64,000 bases of DNA. Origin: Hormiphora californensis. Lineage: Eukaryota; Animalia; Ctenophora. This document shows positions 37,456-53,866 of this stretch, one piece after another (position 1 is the first letter of the stretch; every line of letters begins with the position of its first letter). The stretch covers positions 124,001 to 188,000 of the forward strand of contig CM035359.1 in NCBI GenBank assembly GCA_020137815.1, read 5' to 3'. The notes under the pieces are model-generated. The model ran no database searches. It was not told the origin of the DNA and saw only the letters and a program-made list of their open reading frames with translations. The position numbers and the translations under genes were made by a program.

Positions 37456-37838
37456 TAGTGGAAGCTCTTACGCTCCAGTTGCAGATTGGAGGCTGGCTCC
37501 AGTTTCTGGCGCCAGCCTCCAGTCTGCAACTGGCGCAAGCTGGGAGAGTCCCTGTGCGCGCCAAATCTTCGTTGACTAGCAGGGTTTTCGATGTGAATTG
37601 CATGTAAAGTAGCGCGCGCGGCAGTGTCAGCAGTGTCAGCAGGGGCCTGCTTCATTGTAACTAACGTCAGTCGCAAAATCTCTAACTGGACCCTTACGGT
37701 TTTTCCCACGCGCAGGGCGCGTGCACAGCTCAAATTCTGCGCTCTGATTGGCTGAAATTTCGCGCGCTCGAAATTTCAGCCAATCACAGCTCAGGATTTG
37801 AGCCGCGCGTGTGGGAAAAACCGTAAGAGCTTCCACTA
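37456..37838. mobile_element. Palindromic MITE interrupted by a nested insertion
   Basis: tagtggaagctctta[insert]cggtttttcccac ... gtgggaaaaaccgtaagagcttccacta. Confidence 0.8.
37471..37693 (+). mobile_element. PIF/Harbinger-like MITE, TTA TSD
   Basis: TTA|cgctccagttgcagatt...tctctaactggaccc|TTA; copies at 43773-43986 and 48462-48582. Confidence 0.8.
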
Positions 37839-39966
37839 GAACCTGTAAGAATTAAATTTCTGTCTGGACCCGCAGCTCATTCACACATCTCTTCATACAT
37901 TCATACTTCATAGTTCAGGACGTGTTGTTCAGGTACTGGAGTACTATAGCTTAGTTTAAACGATTAACCATCTGGTACCGCTCCTATAGAGCTTGGTAGA
38001 ACGCCGGCTTAGTATTACCAACCAACCACCTGGTACCTGGATTTTGATATGTTGACTGTTGATTTCTATAATTCGCATATGATGCATTATTGATAGATGT
38101 AACTGTGGCCACATGTGCCTTGTGGCTCTCCGCTAGTCTGCTAACCGATGTCCCTGCATCTAATCACGGAAACAAATCAGTTCTCTATGTGCAGTCCGCA
38201 TGTACCCCGATTTACGGGAGGAAAACGCTTCCTCCGATAATTCCAGTTAATCGGGGTCCGACTGTATTGTGATGTTGTAATTTCATTGGTTTGTTGGTGA
38301 ACGAGTTCATTATTACCAATTTCTAAATATTGTGGTAAACCAAGTCAGTCTAATATAAACCCTATTATAAAGTCTTTCATAACACGAATTTACGTCTTTG
38401 ATTGCGTGATCCATTTAGACTCTGAATGCAAGTTTTCAATGGTAACAATACAGTGCTGCTTGCAGTCAAAATACGGTATCGCGAAATACAGTAATGAGAC
38501 ACACACGTTGCATAACACGCGGCAAAAAGTTCATGTGTCAGCACGTACTAGCGTACTGATTGGCCACGGTTGCGCGTCGTCTTACTGTATCTTCGTTTTC
38601 CATTACCGTTTTCCCACTACAAGCGACCGTGATAGTCTAAACCACCCAACAACTTGTCTTTTACTCTGGAGATGAATGCTATTCTTTATTTTGATCTTCT
38701 TCAATCAAGATCAATTACCCCACTCAAGAAACGTGTCTTTGCGAATTCTTAGCACCATTGTTAAGAAGATAACTTCATTTGTAAGATATATACTACGGCC
38801 TGTATATATAATACAGCTGCTGCTGCTTCATTACTTTAGTACCAGCTACCCATTGTTAAAGTCGAGTCTATGCTTTACTGCTCTAGCCTGAATATATTCA
38901 CAGTGCCATCATGATGCTGTTATACTAGCCTTTATAATTATATTCAGACTGTTACTAGTTGTGTGAGTTTTGTTTTGTTTGCGAGTCATTACATGGAGTG
39001 TGTGCCACGAAGAGAGTGATATAATAGGTCCAGGGCGCCTGCGATAGAGAGAGATAGAGAGAGGTATAACAGTGCTGCACTTGTAGTGAGGATACGGTTT
39101 TTTGAAAACGGTTTTGTGTTCTGGGATTTTTTCCCCTAGGAACTCTAAACGTTTTTTTAGGAAGTGAGCTCCAGCAAGCCCAGATTGGATCCTTTTAGAT
39201 ATTTTTTCTTAGGCTTGCAAGTCGCAAGTCGCAAGATTCGTCTTCCGATTTTTCTTGTCCAAAAACAAATCATACCTCGCGATTTTTTAGGTAGGAAAGT
39301 TACCATGTTCTTTCAGAAAACTATATTAGAAAACCTAGAGGTATATTTGCAACATTGAGAAAGGTGTTTAGAGTATTCTAGAGTGTTACCTTGTCAAGGT
39401 TGCCATCAACTACTTTCATCAACTACAACGTAAAACTATTTATTGAGGATGCTTATTGTATTGGGGAAATGCGCCATTCGAATTAAATTCAACTGTGGTG
39501 GCAATGCCACAGCCCCAAAAGTCACCGTGTTTTCTTGAACAACATAGCTATGGCAGGTAAGCACTTGGCACCTAAACGGCTCTTTAAAAGGATGTGCCTG
39601 CACTTAATTATCTCTATAAGATCGAGGTTTGGAGCTTCACTTACAACTGACCGGACTTGTGATTAGATACCTGTATGGCGGCGCCCATACCCCAATTTGA
39701 TTCTCAAACAGTGCGCTCAGATCGGGTCGCCAGACAGGATTAGAGTGAGGAGCTGTGACAGCTATACTTGAACTATACTCTTGTATTTACCTACCATGAT
39801 CATGAGCATTTGAAGTTATTGAGTCACTACTTAGTAATGACATGTTACTAGTAATGACATGTTAGTAATGACATGTTACCCATCTGGGGGGTGAGACTTC
39901 GTAACTGCATATGCAGAGCTCTCCTAGACGAGAGGATTACAATTAGCACCTCTAATGGCAAGTATA

Positions 39967-40870
39967 CAGTCGGACTAGGATGTTCAAAAGACAGCACGTT
40001 TTGCCCGGTATAATATCGGGGTGTCCGGTATATATATATGGGAGGCCGGTATATATCGGGGTCATGTACTAATATCTGAGAAACAGAGACACCATGTATA
40101 TTTTATGAGTGTTAATAAATATTTCGTCTGCAAGTATATGTTCCCCAAAGTTTGAGTAATACTATTACAGTTTAACTATTACTAATAGTTAAAGTGTCGA
40201 GACTTCAAATATTTTACTGGTTCGAGTACTGCGCTGTTTTACTAATAATCTGTATACAGGCACATCCTTTATAAGGGACCAACTTCCTTCCTTCGACATT
40301 ATCATAATTGATCATATCTCCGATTCCTGATGAGCTAAAGAAATCTTTTGGGTACCGTTTGGTTGGAAAGGGAATTTCAAGCCCCATCGAATGGCGAAGG
40401 TTTGAAGTCTTAATCTGATCAGGAACATGAGTTATGAGCCAAAACGTGAAAAGTCGATCTTGAAAATTTTTTTGTGTGTTTTTTCCTAAGCAGAAGTTTA
40501 GGTCACTAGCGGGGAAGTGACCTATACTTCTGCTTTTGTTTTTGAAGGCAGCTACCATGCATGAGCCCGACCCCTATATTTTACCGGAACCCCGATTTAC
40601 CGGAACCCCGATTTACCGGACCCCTATAATTTACCGGAACCCCGATTTACTGGGAGGATAATCTTCCCCGAAGTAAGAACAATTTGACCACAGTCCACAA
40701 TATACCCGGCACCCCGGATTCAGAGAAAACCGTTTTGCTACCGCGTTACTACGAGGGGTAATTTCATTAGGCCAAGATCATTTCAAAGGGAAAATGGTTT
40801 TGCCCGGTAAATCGGGGCGGCGGTAAGCGGTTCTAACCGGTATAGTGTATCGACTATCGCGGTTCGACTG
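39967..40870. mobile_element. Longer (~900 bp) relative of the CAGTCGGAC MITE family
   Basis: ta|cagtcggac ... gttcgactg; ccccgatttaccgg repeats in both subterminal regions. Confidence 0.6.
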
Positions 40871-41252
40871 CAGTATTATTACTCGCGAGGATCAGCTAAT
40901 TGTATGGATGTTGATAACTCGTCACGCAATTCAATCTCAAGCTGCAAGAATGATCGAGGTAGTTCAGATAATATTGTACTTGATGTTCCCCAATCCCTAT
41001 AAAGTTTAGCGAAGTAGTGAGACTTGAGAGGGTTATCTGGTAATAGTTGACCACTGCAGCAGTCGAGACTCTATCTCTCTTCCTCCTCCTTTCTTTCTCT
41101 CTCTTTCTCTCTCTCTCTCAGAGAGACTCAAAGAGAGAGAGAGAGAGAGAAAGAGAGAAGGAGAGGAAGCGAGAGGGAGCTCGCGCTCTTATCTCTCTCC
41201 TCGATCTCCTCTTCTAGATACTCGCTCTATCTCTCTCTCTCTAATCTCTACT

Positions 41253-41314
<62 letters not shown>

Positions 41315-41678
41315 CCTAGCTCCCGGTAGATATTATTTTCTTCCACCCCATCGCACCGCGATTATTATTATTATTATTTTTCCAAACAGAGCTGAGTATG
41401 GTATAGTTCCGTGTAATTTTATAGAAAGTATAGAATTAATGAGGCGAGACAATTTTGCTTTCGATGACACTGTGTTAAGAAACACTCTCTCATTCATTCT
41501 CGTAACTGTCTGAGCATTGACCCCATTCTCACTCAGCATGTTCAATCCAATGATTTAATGAACTGATGATCTTTTAGTGCCATCCCAAGAAATGCATTTC
41601 TTTCAAAACAGCGGAGATCGCGGGTGAGAACAGCAGTTCATATTGGCCTAAAAGTCTCAGAGACACTCGTATCATTAT

Positions 41679-41769
41679 CAATATGCGATTGAAACGCAGT
41701 ATGTCCAATCCAATGTCATGATAATATCATGACATTGGATTGGACATACTGCGTTTCAATCGCATATTG
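41679..41769. repeat. Perfect 91-bp palindrome (45-bp arms, 1-nt centre)
   Basis: caatatgcgattgaaacgcagtatgtccaatccaatgtcatgata-a-tatcatgacattggattggacatactgcgtttcaatcgcatattg. Confidence 0.9.
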
Positions 41770-42995
41770 CAATTGATTGGAATATGAGTTTTGCAGTTGG
41801 TGTGTTCTTACACCCTCTCGAAAAGAGGGTCGAGCTAGCTGTAATCCTGCAGCAGGTAAAACACACTCTGGTCGATATTCGGATTGTATTAGGTACCTGC
41901 TGTGGACCAATCATATCCATGCTTCCAGTTAACTTCATATATTACAGCTGCCACAGGGTTCTGCAGTAACTTTCCAATATGCTCAAAAGCTAATTTGCAA
42001 CTTGCTATCAGTGTCGCTTGTAGTGGAGAAACGGTGCATCCAATCACCGTGTGCAGACGCACACTTTACGAATTGCACGCAGGTGTAATCAACGGGGGGA
42101 ACTCAGGTTCTTCGTGCCAGCTGAGTTCTTCGAGCTCAGTCCCGTTGCCGTGGACCTGGTTGGCTGATGGTCCAGTGATTACGGTCAAATCACCCGGCTA
42201 TCTCCCCAATCTTGGGGAGTTAACTTTGCCAGAGACCTTGCCGAACTCAACTATGGCACCGAGCTCTTGCAGTGCGGCTGGTCCCTGCTGGGATTTGGTT
42301 CGGCGGTCGATTGATGAGCGGTTGGTTGACGATTGATATCAGTCGTTGATCGATCGTTTGTCGGTCGGTCGTCGGACTGAGTTTCGGTGGGGATCCCAGT
42401 TGAACTGATAATCTCACCCCAGCCAGTAACCTTGTTACACATGGCAACCCATGATTTGTAATCACCGAGGGCCTCCGCCTAGTAGGCAATGCCTACTATG
42501 CATGCCTGATGACCCGTCGGCTGTCTCCCATTTAATTATGGGGGTAAATTCTACGCCAGAGAACTAGCCTCCCTCAATTATGGCAACCCATGATTTGTAA
42601 TCACCCGGCAGCTGTAGCCTTTAAAACAGCCCTCCTGTCCAACATCCCATATTGGTCGGACGGAGGTTACCTTCTCTCGCAAAAATAGGGGTTATTCCCC
42701 TGGGGAACCTCTGCCCAAATTTTTGCCACATACTACCTTTGCAATATATCTAGAACAATCCTCCTCACTGACAAACAGATCAAGCAACACACTTGATTTG
42801 GTAAAATTCTCCAAACTAATAGCCAAAAGTAACCTATTCGATTAAACCATCCCTAACTATCCCGACCTGGAACAAGTGGCAAACTATAGGGCAACGCTAC
42901 TTATGGGGGAGTTTTCTTCTATAACAACGCAATAAGGGACCCAAGTGGTAGGGAGGTCTGGGCCAAACAAATGGCCACCTCCGCCATATGGCAAG

Positions 42996-43306
42996 CAGGG
43001 CTGGCTCCAGCCCAATATTTTCAGGGGGGTGCCGGGTGAAGTGGCCGGAGACCACTTTTCCCAAAATTTTGTACGTGCGACCTGAGGGGGTTTGGGGGCG
43101 AAGCCCCCGGAAAAATTTGGTTATTTTTAACCGAATTTGGCGCATTTCAGGCATTTAGAGGTTCGATGGCAAAGCCCCCGGAAAAATTTGAAAATTTAAA
43201 CCAATTATTACACATTTTAAGCATTTCGACGGGCTTGTCAACTTCGCTACCAATAATTTCTGGGGGGGTGTGCACCCCCTGCACCCCCCACCTGGAGCCA
43301 GCCCTG
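42996..43306. mobile_element. hAT-type MITE, 15-bp TIR, 8-bp TSD
   Basis: atggcaag|cagggctggctccag ... ctggagccagccctg|atggcaag. Confidence 0.92.
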
Positions 43307-43772
43307 ATGGCAAGTAGTTACCCCGCAAAAGTGCAACCCCTGGGAGCTGATGATTTGCCAAATTCTCACCAGAGTTAACATAAGCGTTTTCATGCTTATC
43401 TGTGCTTGCTAAGAAATTAGCTGTCCGGACCCCCAGGTTGCATGCTGATAAGTACTGCTAGCGGTTTTGACCCAAGACCTGAGGTGTGATAAGATATTTC
43501 AGCCGTCACCGATTAGATGGTGAACCCACGGTATTGTTATATCCGGCAACCCACCTACCTCTACAGCTCCTTGGAGCAGTAGTAACCAGAGACCAGTCTG
43601 TGTGACAGGTAAATTCCATCCATTGCCCTGACAATATAGGTATGTCAGTCTACTATTAGATTCACTGTATCAAATACTCTTCTTGTGATGCCGGCAAAGG
43701 TTCGAGGGAAATGTTGAGCTTGCTCGACAAAATACCAGGACCCAAACCGGAACAACATCAACACTATCCTAA

Positions 43773-43986
43773 CGCTCCAGTTGCAGATTGGAGGCTGGCG
43801 CCAGTTTCTGGCGCCAGCCTCCAATCTGCAACTGGCGCAAGCTGGGAGAGTCCCTGTGCGCACGAAATCTTCGTTGACTAGCAGGGTTTTCGATGTGATT
43901 TGCATCTAGAGTGGCGCGCGCGGCAGTGTCAGCAGGGGCCTGAACCATTGTAACTAACTTCGGTCGCAAAATCTCTAACTGGACCC
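43773..43986 (+). mobile_element. PIF/Harbinger-like MITE copy
   Basis: Near-identical to 37471-37693. Confidence 0.8.
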
Positions 43987-46278
43987 CTACGTGTGGGGGA
44001 CGGTGGCGAAGAGTGATATTAATAGAGGTTGTCTGCCGACCATTGTGGGGCAGTAAAGTGGGAGGAATGACGGGCGGTGCAAAACACACACACACGCAGG
44101 TGTTATAATCACGTGTCATGTTCATCCTAATTTAGATGAAGAAGTGTGCGCTACACACGGTGTCTGCACACGGTGTTTCGATACTATTTCTCCGCTACAA
44201 CTACAAGCGCGGGTCGTGATGTGGAGCCGATCTCTGTATAACACACGTACTGTGGATCATGTCTGGCACTGCTGTTTCGCGTTCCAATCCAATTTGAACA
44301 GAATGTTTTCATTCGTGGCCTCATGACTCCCCCCTTGGCAAGGGTCCCTTGCCTTGACTTGATTTGAGCGAAATATTTTAATATGTCCACTGCCCTTTCT
44401 CTGGAAAGAAAACGTTTTCCTTTCTCCCCAAACTACCCTGCAGTAATAGTCCACTTTGTTTACCAGCTCTGATATACGCAGCTGCTAGTTGCTCGCCCCT
44501 CAACAAAGTTGTTAGGTAACGCACAGCTGTCACAGTAACTCTGCACAAAGCTGTTTATAATTGGTTCTAGGAGATGCTCTCTGACAATAACATCTACTTC
44601 ATCTTGTTTGAAGCATTATGTAATCCATATTTCATAATCGCAGTAGAGAACATGCTCGCAATTGGAAACCAAAACTTGTTATTTAGGTCACGTGACTGGT
44701 TATCAGCCAATCAGGGACTAGTATTTCCTGATTCGGTCGGTTCCTGACTCATTACCGTAATGGCACTACAAGCACAGTAAAGATATTCCCATTGCGTTTT
44801 ATGATTAATGAACCGCACTTTGCAAGTACAAAGGCCAGATACGCTAGTTCATAAGATAAGGTCGTTCTGAACATAATGGCATAATGCATGTATGGTCATG
44901 GTCGTAAGGTGAAATTGTAGTTGGCCAGACAGTGAGTTTTCTAACTTTGCTAGTTGCCATTTTGTGAGTGTTTTGAGCTATGGGTCTGACAAAGTTATGG
45001 TCGAGAAAGAGACAAGTTCAGAGAGAAAAGGAGAGAATGGGTGAAAAAAAATTGATCAGATCTCTCTGTAAGATCATGTGATTTGATTTGTTTTGTTCAA
45101 ACCGGGGCGCGGGGAGGGAGGGTCGAACAATATTTGATCAGCCCGTTCCGACCCACAGGCATGGTGCGGAATTAGACTCACAGACACGGAGTTAGACTCA
45201 CAGACACGGAGAGTAATCTCTAAAGAATGAGAAAGCCGTAGAGTCAGACCCTGATTAACCGGGATGGTCATTGCTCGAGGGAAATACTTTTTCCCGGTAA
45301 ATCGAGGTCCGACTTCAGTTTGAGAATAAAGCGGTGCGTGTCGAGTGAGAGCAGTTTGTACTGCGTGATTTGCCACGCTCCAGTGAGCGGCTAACGCTAT
45401 TACTTCTTGGAAGGGATATTGTCGTGCCATATGTCCCACTTTGATCACTCAGTTTATATCCTTCCCCTGTCAACTCGATGCCCGCCAGTCCCCTCCCTAT
45501 AAGCTCTCTTAACTAGCTGTTACAATTCCACCTACAATACATGTGGCATGAGTACATCGTCTATCATCGCGACACACTATTTACAGCTGTGTTAGAAAGT
45601 TCTAGAATTTGTAGGGAAATACAGTTCGATGACCTTTTCACACGGTATATATTGCTATAAGACCGTGACTATAACACGTCACCCTAGTCTACTCAGGCAC
45701 CATATTGATACAGCTTGTATCATAGCTCTCGGGCAAATAACACATCACTTTATATTATTATTATTATATTATATTAGTTCTTCGGACGATAGATTCCGTG
45801 ACTTATTTTACCGCATTTGAAAAATATTGTTTTGCCCCAGTGGCCTGGGCAACGTGAGGATATATTGCCTAAGTGGTTCTTTTTGATGATATTCCATCGA
45901 TAGAGAATGCCACTAGCTACCAATTCCATATAAATTCGGCTCACCAAGTTTATTTTTTTTCGGATCGTACATGAATTAACGGATGTCGGATATTGTTCGG
46001 CACCATTCTCACGCAGTACATATCCAATCCAATCAAATCAGATGAACTGATGGGCCGTCCCAAAAATCAGTTTTGTATAATGCCAGCGTAGTGCAGAATG
46101 ATTGCACCATTTTTCTGGGCTTACTTGTAAAACATTTTACTTTTGCCTGTTAATTTGCAAACCCAATTGTTAGTTTCAGGGTTAACCCGGCTATTTTCTC
46201 AAATTTTTCCTTAAAATACATTCTTAACCATAGCCATGAACGGAAGACATGAAAACTGGACATCACTAGGTCCCATGG

Positions 46279-49122
<2,844 letters not shown>

Positions 49123-49957
49123 TTTTACTGTTAGTTAGTTTTAGGGGATTTGTAGAGCTGACATTCGCAGGTTTTTTGCCCCAAAGAATATTTTTAGATA
49201 TGTCCTGATTTCCGGTCGGGACATGGATTTTCTTATTTTTCTCTTTTATCTTACTAGGTTTTAGTTGGTTAATTCACAAAGTATAATTTGTGTTTGTTAG
49301 CTCACTTTTACGAAGTGTGTTTTTTGTAGATATATTCTACAGTTTTCTCTTTGCCAAAGTTCCAAGAAAAATATCCTGCTAACTGATTCCAAGTAGATAT
49401 ATTACTTCTTAACCTGATTTTATTTTGAATTCTCACAGTAAAATGCTACTGCACAGATGTCAGTTTTGAGAAATTGAGGAAACTACTTGTTTTAGTACGG
49501 TTACACTATAAAGTAGTTCTTCTCCTCTAGAGTAGATACAGTCGGACCCCGATTTACCGGAAAATGCATCACCCCGATATACCTTGCACCCCGGTTTACC
49601 GGGCAAAAATGGCTTCCCCCGAGGATCCCAGTAAATAGAAGTCCGACTGTATATATTTTGATTCTTAGACGTGATTTGAAATAATCTTAACTTGGAACTA
49701 AGCCAAATTGACGAAAAAGGTAATTTGAGAGATTCTTTGATTGATTGAAGTTGAAATCGAATAGGGTAGGACCTAGTTTTTGTTTATGTCTAGTATTTCG
49801 CAGCTGTATTAAAATCATTTCAATTGTTCTTGCCTCTGTAAGACCTGAGTTTAAATGTGATTTATGGAAAATGGTTATCGGGCCGGATAGTATAATCCAG
49901 GACCCTGGAGGTGGTAAAAGCTCCCAGATCTTTAGACTCACACTATATTGTCTCGAT

Positions 49958-51276
49958 GGGGGGGGCCCACGTGAATTTAATATCCATGTCCTAAATAAAC
50001 ACGTCCGACTTTAATGTCCCTGGGACATTAAAGGACATTAAAAGACATTTAATTAAAACATGAATTTTCAACTATTATTAAACTAAAATGGCGTTTTCAA
50101 CCACTCCTAATGTCCCCTCTATCGATTCCAACCAATACCATAGATGTTGGGGGTGATTACGCATCATTTTAGGGTGGCCCGGTACCTCGAAGCGAACCCC
50201 GGAAATTTTGAAGTTTTGGACTAAATTTCAAGGTTTTCAAGTAAAAATAGCCCCGATTTTGATGAAACTCAGTCAGAATGGTCTTTGGTGTCTAATTAGA
50301 AGTCAAAAAATTTTTAAATGCTCAAATCCTAAATTTAGGTTTTTCTGGGGGTTTTCTAGGATTTTTAGGTTTTTTTGCTTTTATGGGTTTCAGGAACTTC
50401 CTAGAACAAAATAAACAGAACCATCTTTCTCGGCGTGAAATTCTGCATCGATTGTAGTGGCTATAAACCTTTCTATGACGTAAGGTAAAAACCTTTGGTT
50501 AAAACATGTGGTAAGGTTTTTTAGGTTTTATTCGTTACACAGACATCGCAGATCAAAATGGTTTTCACTAAAATGATTTCCGCATCATCAATACACGTCG
50601 ATAGAGTACCTATAACATGGTTTTCTGACAAGAGGTTCGCCCGGTAGCCTAAAACATGTACCCGCCCCTATAACATGTACCCGTTTGGGATTTTTTGGGA
50701 TAACTTCTTAACCTTACGCCATAGAAAGGTTTATCGCCACTATAATCGATGCAGAATTTCATGCCGAGAAAGTTGGTTTTATTCATTTTGTTCTAGGACG
50801 TTCTTGAAACCCATAAACGCCAAAAAACCTAAAAAACCTAAATATCGTAAATTTTGGGTTTGAGCACTAAAACTTTTTTGACTTCTAATTAGACACCAAA
50901 CACTATTTTGAAAAAATCGGGGCTATTCTCTACTCGTTTCATAAGATGATTTTGAGATATCGTCTAGGCTAGAATTATGCACATGTAAAAGAGGCACCGC
51001 ACCCACAGCCCACACAAAAGCAAGCCTAATCACCACTGAAAACTAATGAACATTCATTGGAATCGAAAGATGGGACCTTTAGTAGTACATTGGTGGTAGA
51101 TATGTTTGGTAACACATTTTGAAATGGCTTTTGGAAGTTATAATTTAATGTCTTTTAATGTCTTTAAATGTCCTTTAATGTCTTTTAATGTCCCAAATTA
51201 CCCCGGACAATTTAATGTCCCAAAAATCGAGGGACATTAAAGGACATTTTAATACGCGGGCCCCCCCCCCCCCCCC
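49958..51276. mobile_element. Non-autonomous DNA transposon, G-run termini, 8-bp TSD, internal inverted arms
   Basis: gtctcgat|ggggggggcccacgt ... acgcgggcccccccc|gtctcgat; subterminal ttaatgtcc repeats; ~50250-50490 inverted against ~50710-50930. Confidence 0.85.
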
Positions 51277-51894
51277 GTCTCGATATTGTTTCCCAGTACA
51301 TATTGTATCAAGGTGGTACCAGGAACCGACCGAATCAGGAAATACTGGTCCCTGATTGGCTGATAACCAGTCACGTGACCTAAATAACGAGTTCTGATTG
51401 GTTGTATAACAGTCGGACCCCGATTTAGTGGCATCCTCGGGGGAACAAAAATCCTGCCACTAAATCGGGGTGCCACTAAATCGGGGTCAAATAATGTTAA
51501 TTACCTATATCGGGGGAAAAAATCCTGAGTGCCCGCAACTTCAGGCATGGCGTTAAAACTACACCATTGTGCATTATATTCATTATGATAATTTTAGCGG
51601 CATCTAATTTGGCATAATTTGTGATATATTCAAGGGAATAATTCCGGATTGAATAATATGATTCTCCTAGCCCAGAAAGTAGCACCATTAATAATGGTCC
51701 ATTATTCAAGTTTTAAGTGGATAATAAATCCTGCTCAGTGGTTATATGATGCAATATACGTGCAGTATTGTACCCCGGGTTATATATGATTGAGATTCTG
51801 TATGTACTATGTACTCCATGTCTCTCTCTCTTTGTCGCCCAATCTTTCTGCAACTTTTTAATTTGATGAAAATTCGACACTCGACAACAATATA

Positions 51895-53460
51895 CAGGGT
51901 GTCCCATATATTCTCCGGGTCGGTTGGCGAGCTGTCACGCAAAAACGGTGATAGTTGTGTGAAAACAAACTGCGGTAGTGTGCTGGATTAATTCCTTCCT
52001 AACTGATGGCTTTGTTTTAAAATTAAATTTCAAAAGTTCATTTTTCATGAATGAACATTGTTGCCGTTCATTCATGAATTCTGAAATATTGTTTACCTTG
52101 AGTAAGTAACTTTTCTTTGGCTCGCAATTATCTTTCCATTGAGCACCATAAAACTCAAATTGAAGCACCAGGTCACATGACAGTTGAGAAAATGAACATG
52201 CATGATTTTGGCTCTTTTTGCGACTTTCAATCGGCTGTATCACCGCTACCTTACCTTCAATCTTTTTGAAACTTTGGGTGAACATTGGATAAGCAAAGAT
52301 CTTTGCTCACAAGAAAAATCAAGGTCAAAACTCAAAGTTCATTTTTAAGTTTTGGTAGTTCATTCCACTCATTCAGGAACCAACAACCCTAAAGTGATGG
52401 AAAAGTGTTGGATTTTGTTTGGCCAATGTCCTGCAATGACAGAGAGGTGTAGTAACGTGTTTCCGGGCTAGTTAGTGGGTGTCCATGTGATCTTGGTGAT
52501 ACCTGACACCTTCACTGAGCAATAATCAAGGGATTTTCTCGAATTCAAGCATGTGATTTGGGTTTTCTGCGATTGGTATCGTGCAGCAATGTTAAGAGAT
52601 CTCATAGCCTTCGAAAATGGTGGTTAGTTCAATGAAATGAGTTGAGTTATGATCGAAAATGGTCGTTGAGTTCAATGTGGCATCGGTTTTAATCTTATTG
52701 ATCATAAATCAACTCAATTTATTGAACGTATCATCATTTTTGAGGTGCTATGTGATCTCTCAAGATTGCTGCACGATACCAATCGCAGTAGACCCGAATC
52801 ACATGCTTGAATTCGAGAAAATCCCTTGATTATTGCTCAGTGAAGGTGTCAGGTATCACCAAGATCACATGGACACCCACTAACTAGCCCGGAAACACGT
52901 AACTACACCTCTCTGTCATTGCAGGACATTGGCCAAACAAAATCCAACACTTTTCCATCACTTTAGGGTTGTTGGTTCCTGAATGAGTGGAATGAACTAC
53001 CAAAACTTAAAAATGAACTTTGAGTTTTGACATTGATTTTTCTTGTGAGCAAAGATCTTTGCTTATCCAATGTTCACCCAAAGTTTCAAAAAGATTGAAG
53101 GTAAGGTAGCGGTGATACAGCCGATTGAAAGTCGCAAAAAGAGCCAAAATCATGCATGTTCATTTTCTCAACTGTCATGTGACCTGGTGCTTCAATTTGA
53201 GTTTTATGGTGCTCAATGGAAAGATAATTGCGAGCCAAAGAAAAGTTACTTACTCAAGGTAAACAATATTTCAGAATTCATGAATGAACGGCAGCAATGT
53301 TCATTCATGAAAAATGAACTTTTGAAATTTAATTTTAAAACAAAGCCATCAGTTAGGAAGGAATTAATCCAGCACACTCCCGCAGTTTGTTTTCACACAA
53401 CTATCACCGTTTTTGCGTGACAGCTCGCCAACCGACCCGGAGAATATATGGGACACCCTG
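51895..53460. mobile_element. 1.57-kb near-perfect foldback element, Tc1/mariner-type ends, TA TSD
   Basis: TA|cagggtgtcccatata ... tatatgggacaccctg|TA; mirror ORFs 51935-52285(-) and 53070-53420(+). Confidence 0.92.
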
Positions 53461-53866
53461 TACAAGTCAAGATTAATTCCAATTCTATAGAATTTTATAG
53501 AATTTTATGAGTTTGACTTTGTTAAAATGTGCATGTTAAATCATTTATTAAACCCAATCGTCGGATAGTGAAATAGCCGGGCTGACGTCAAAAAAAGCAT
53601 TTATTTTCATTTCAAATACATATATGGTGTGTCTACAAAATTCTAGGAAACTCAAGACAACCCTAAAAATCTCACTACTATAACTAACTGTCTGGGGGTG
53701 CCGACCCGATCTGTTCACCAGATTGACAACTAACATCAAATTTACTAACATCAAATTTACTACATACTTAAAGTAACATCAAATTTACCTGACCACGAAT
53801 TACTGTTAAGAATGAAATTAAAACAAGTTAAATATCCGGGTATTACGCAGCTAATTACGAGCTATA

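Noticed and set aside
41902-42610. 144-aa ORF and 26-bp direct repeat (42440/42579) as a retroelement remnant
   Set aside because: No gag/pol motifs or definable termini.
44257-44454. WGERK as a possible ETS-domain exon
   Set aside because: Not followed by MNY(D/E)KLSR and no other ETS residues.
51935-53420. Twin 116-aa ORFs (and twin 66-aa ORFs at 29862/30782)
   Set aside because: Mirror images produced by the TIRs; no transposase motifs.
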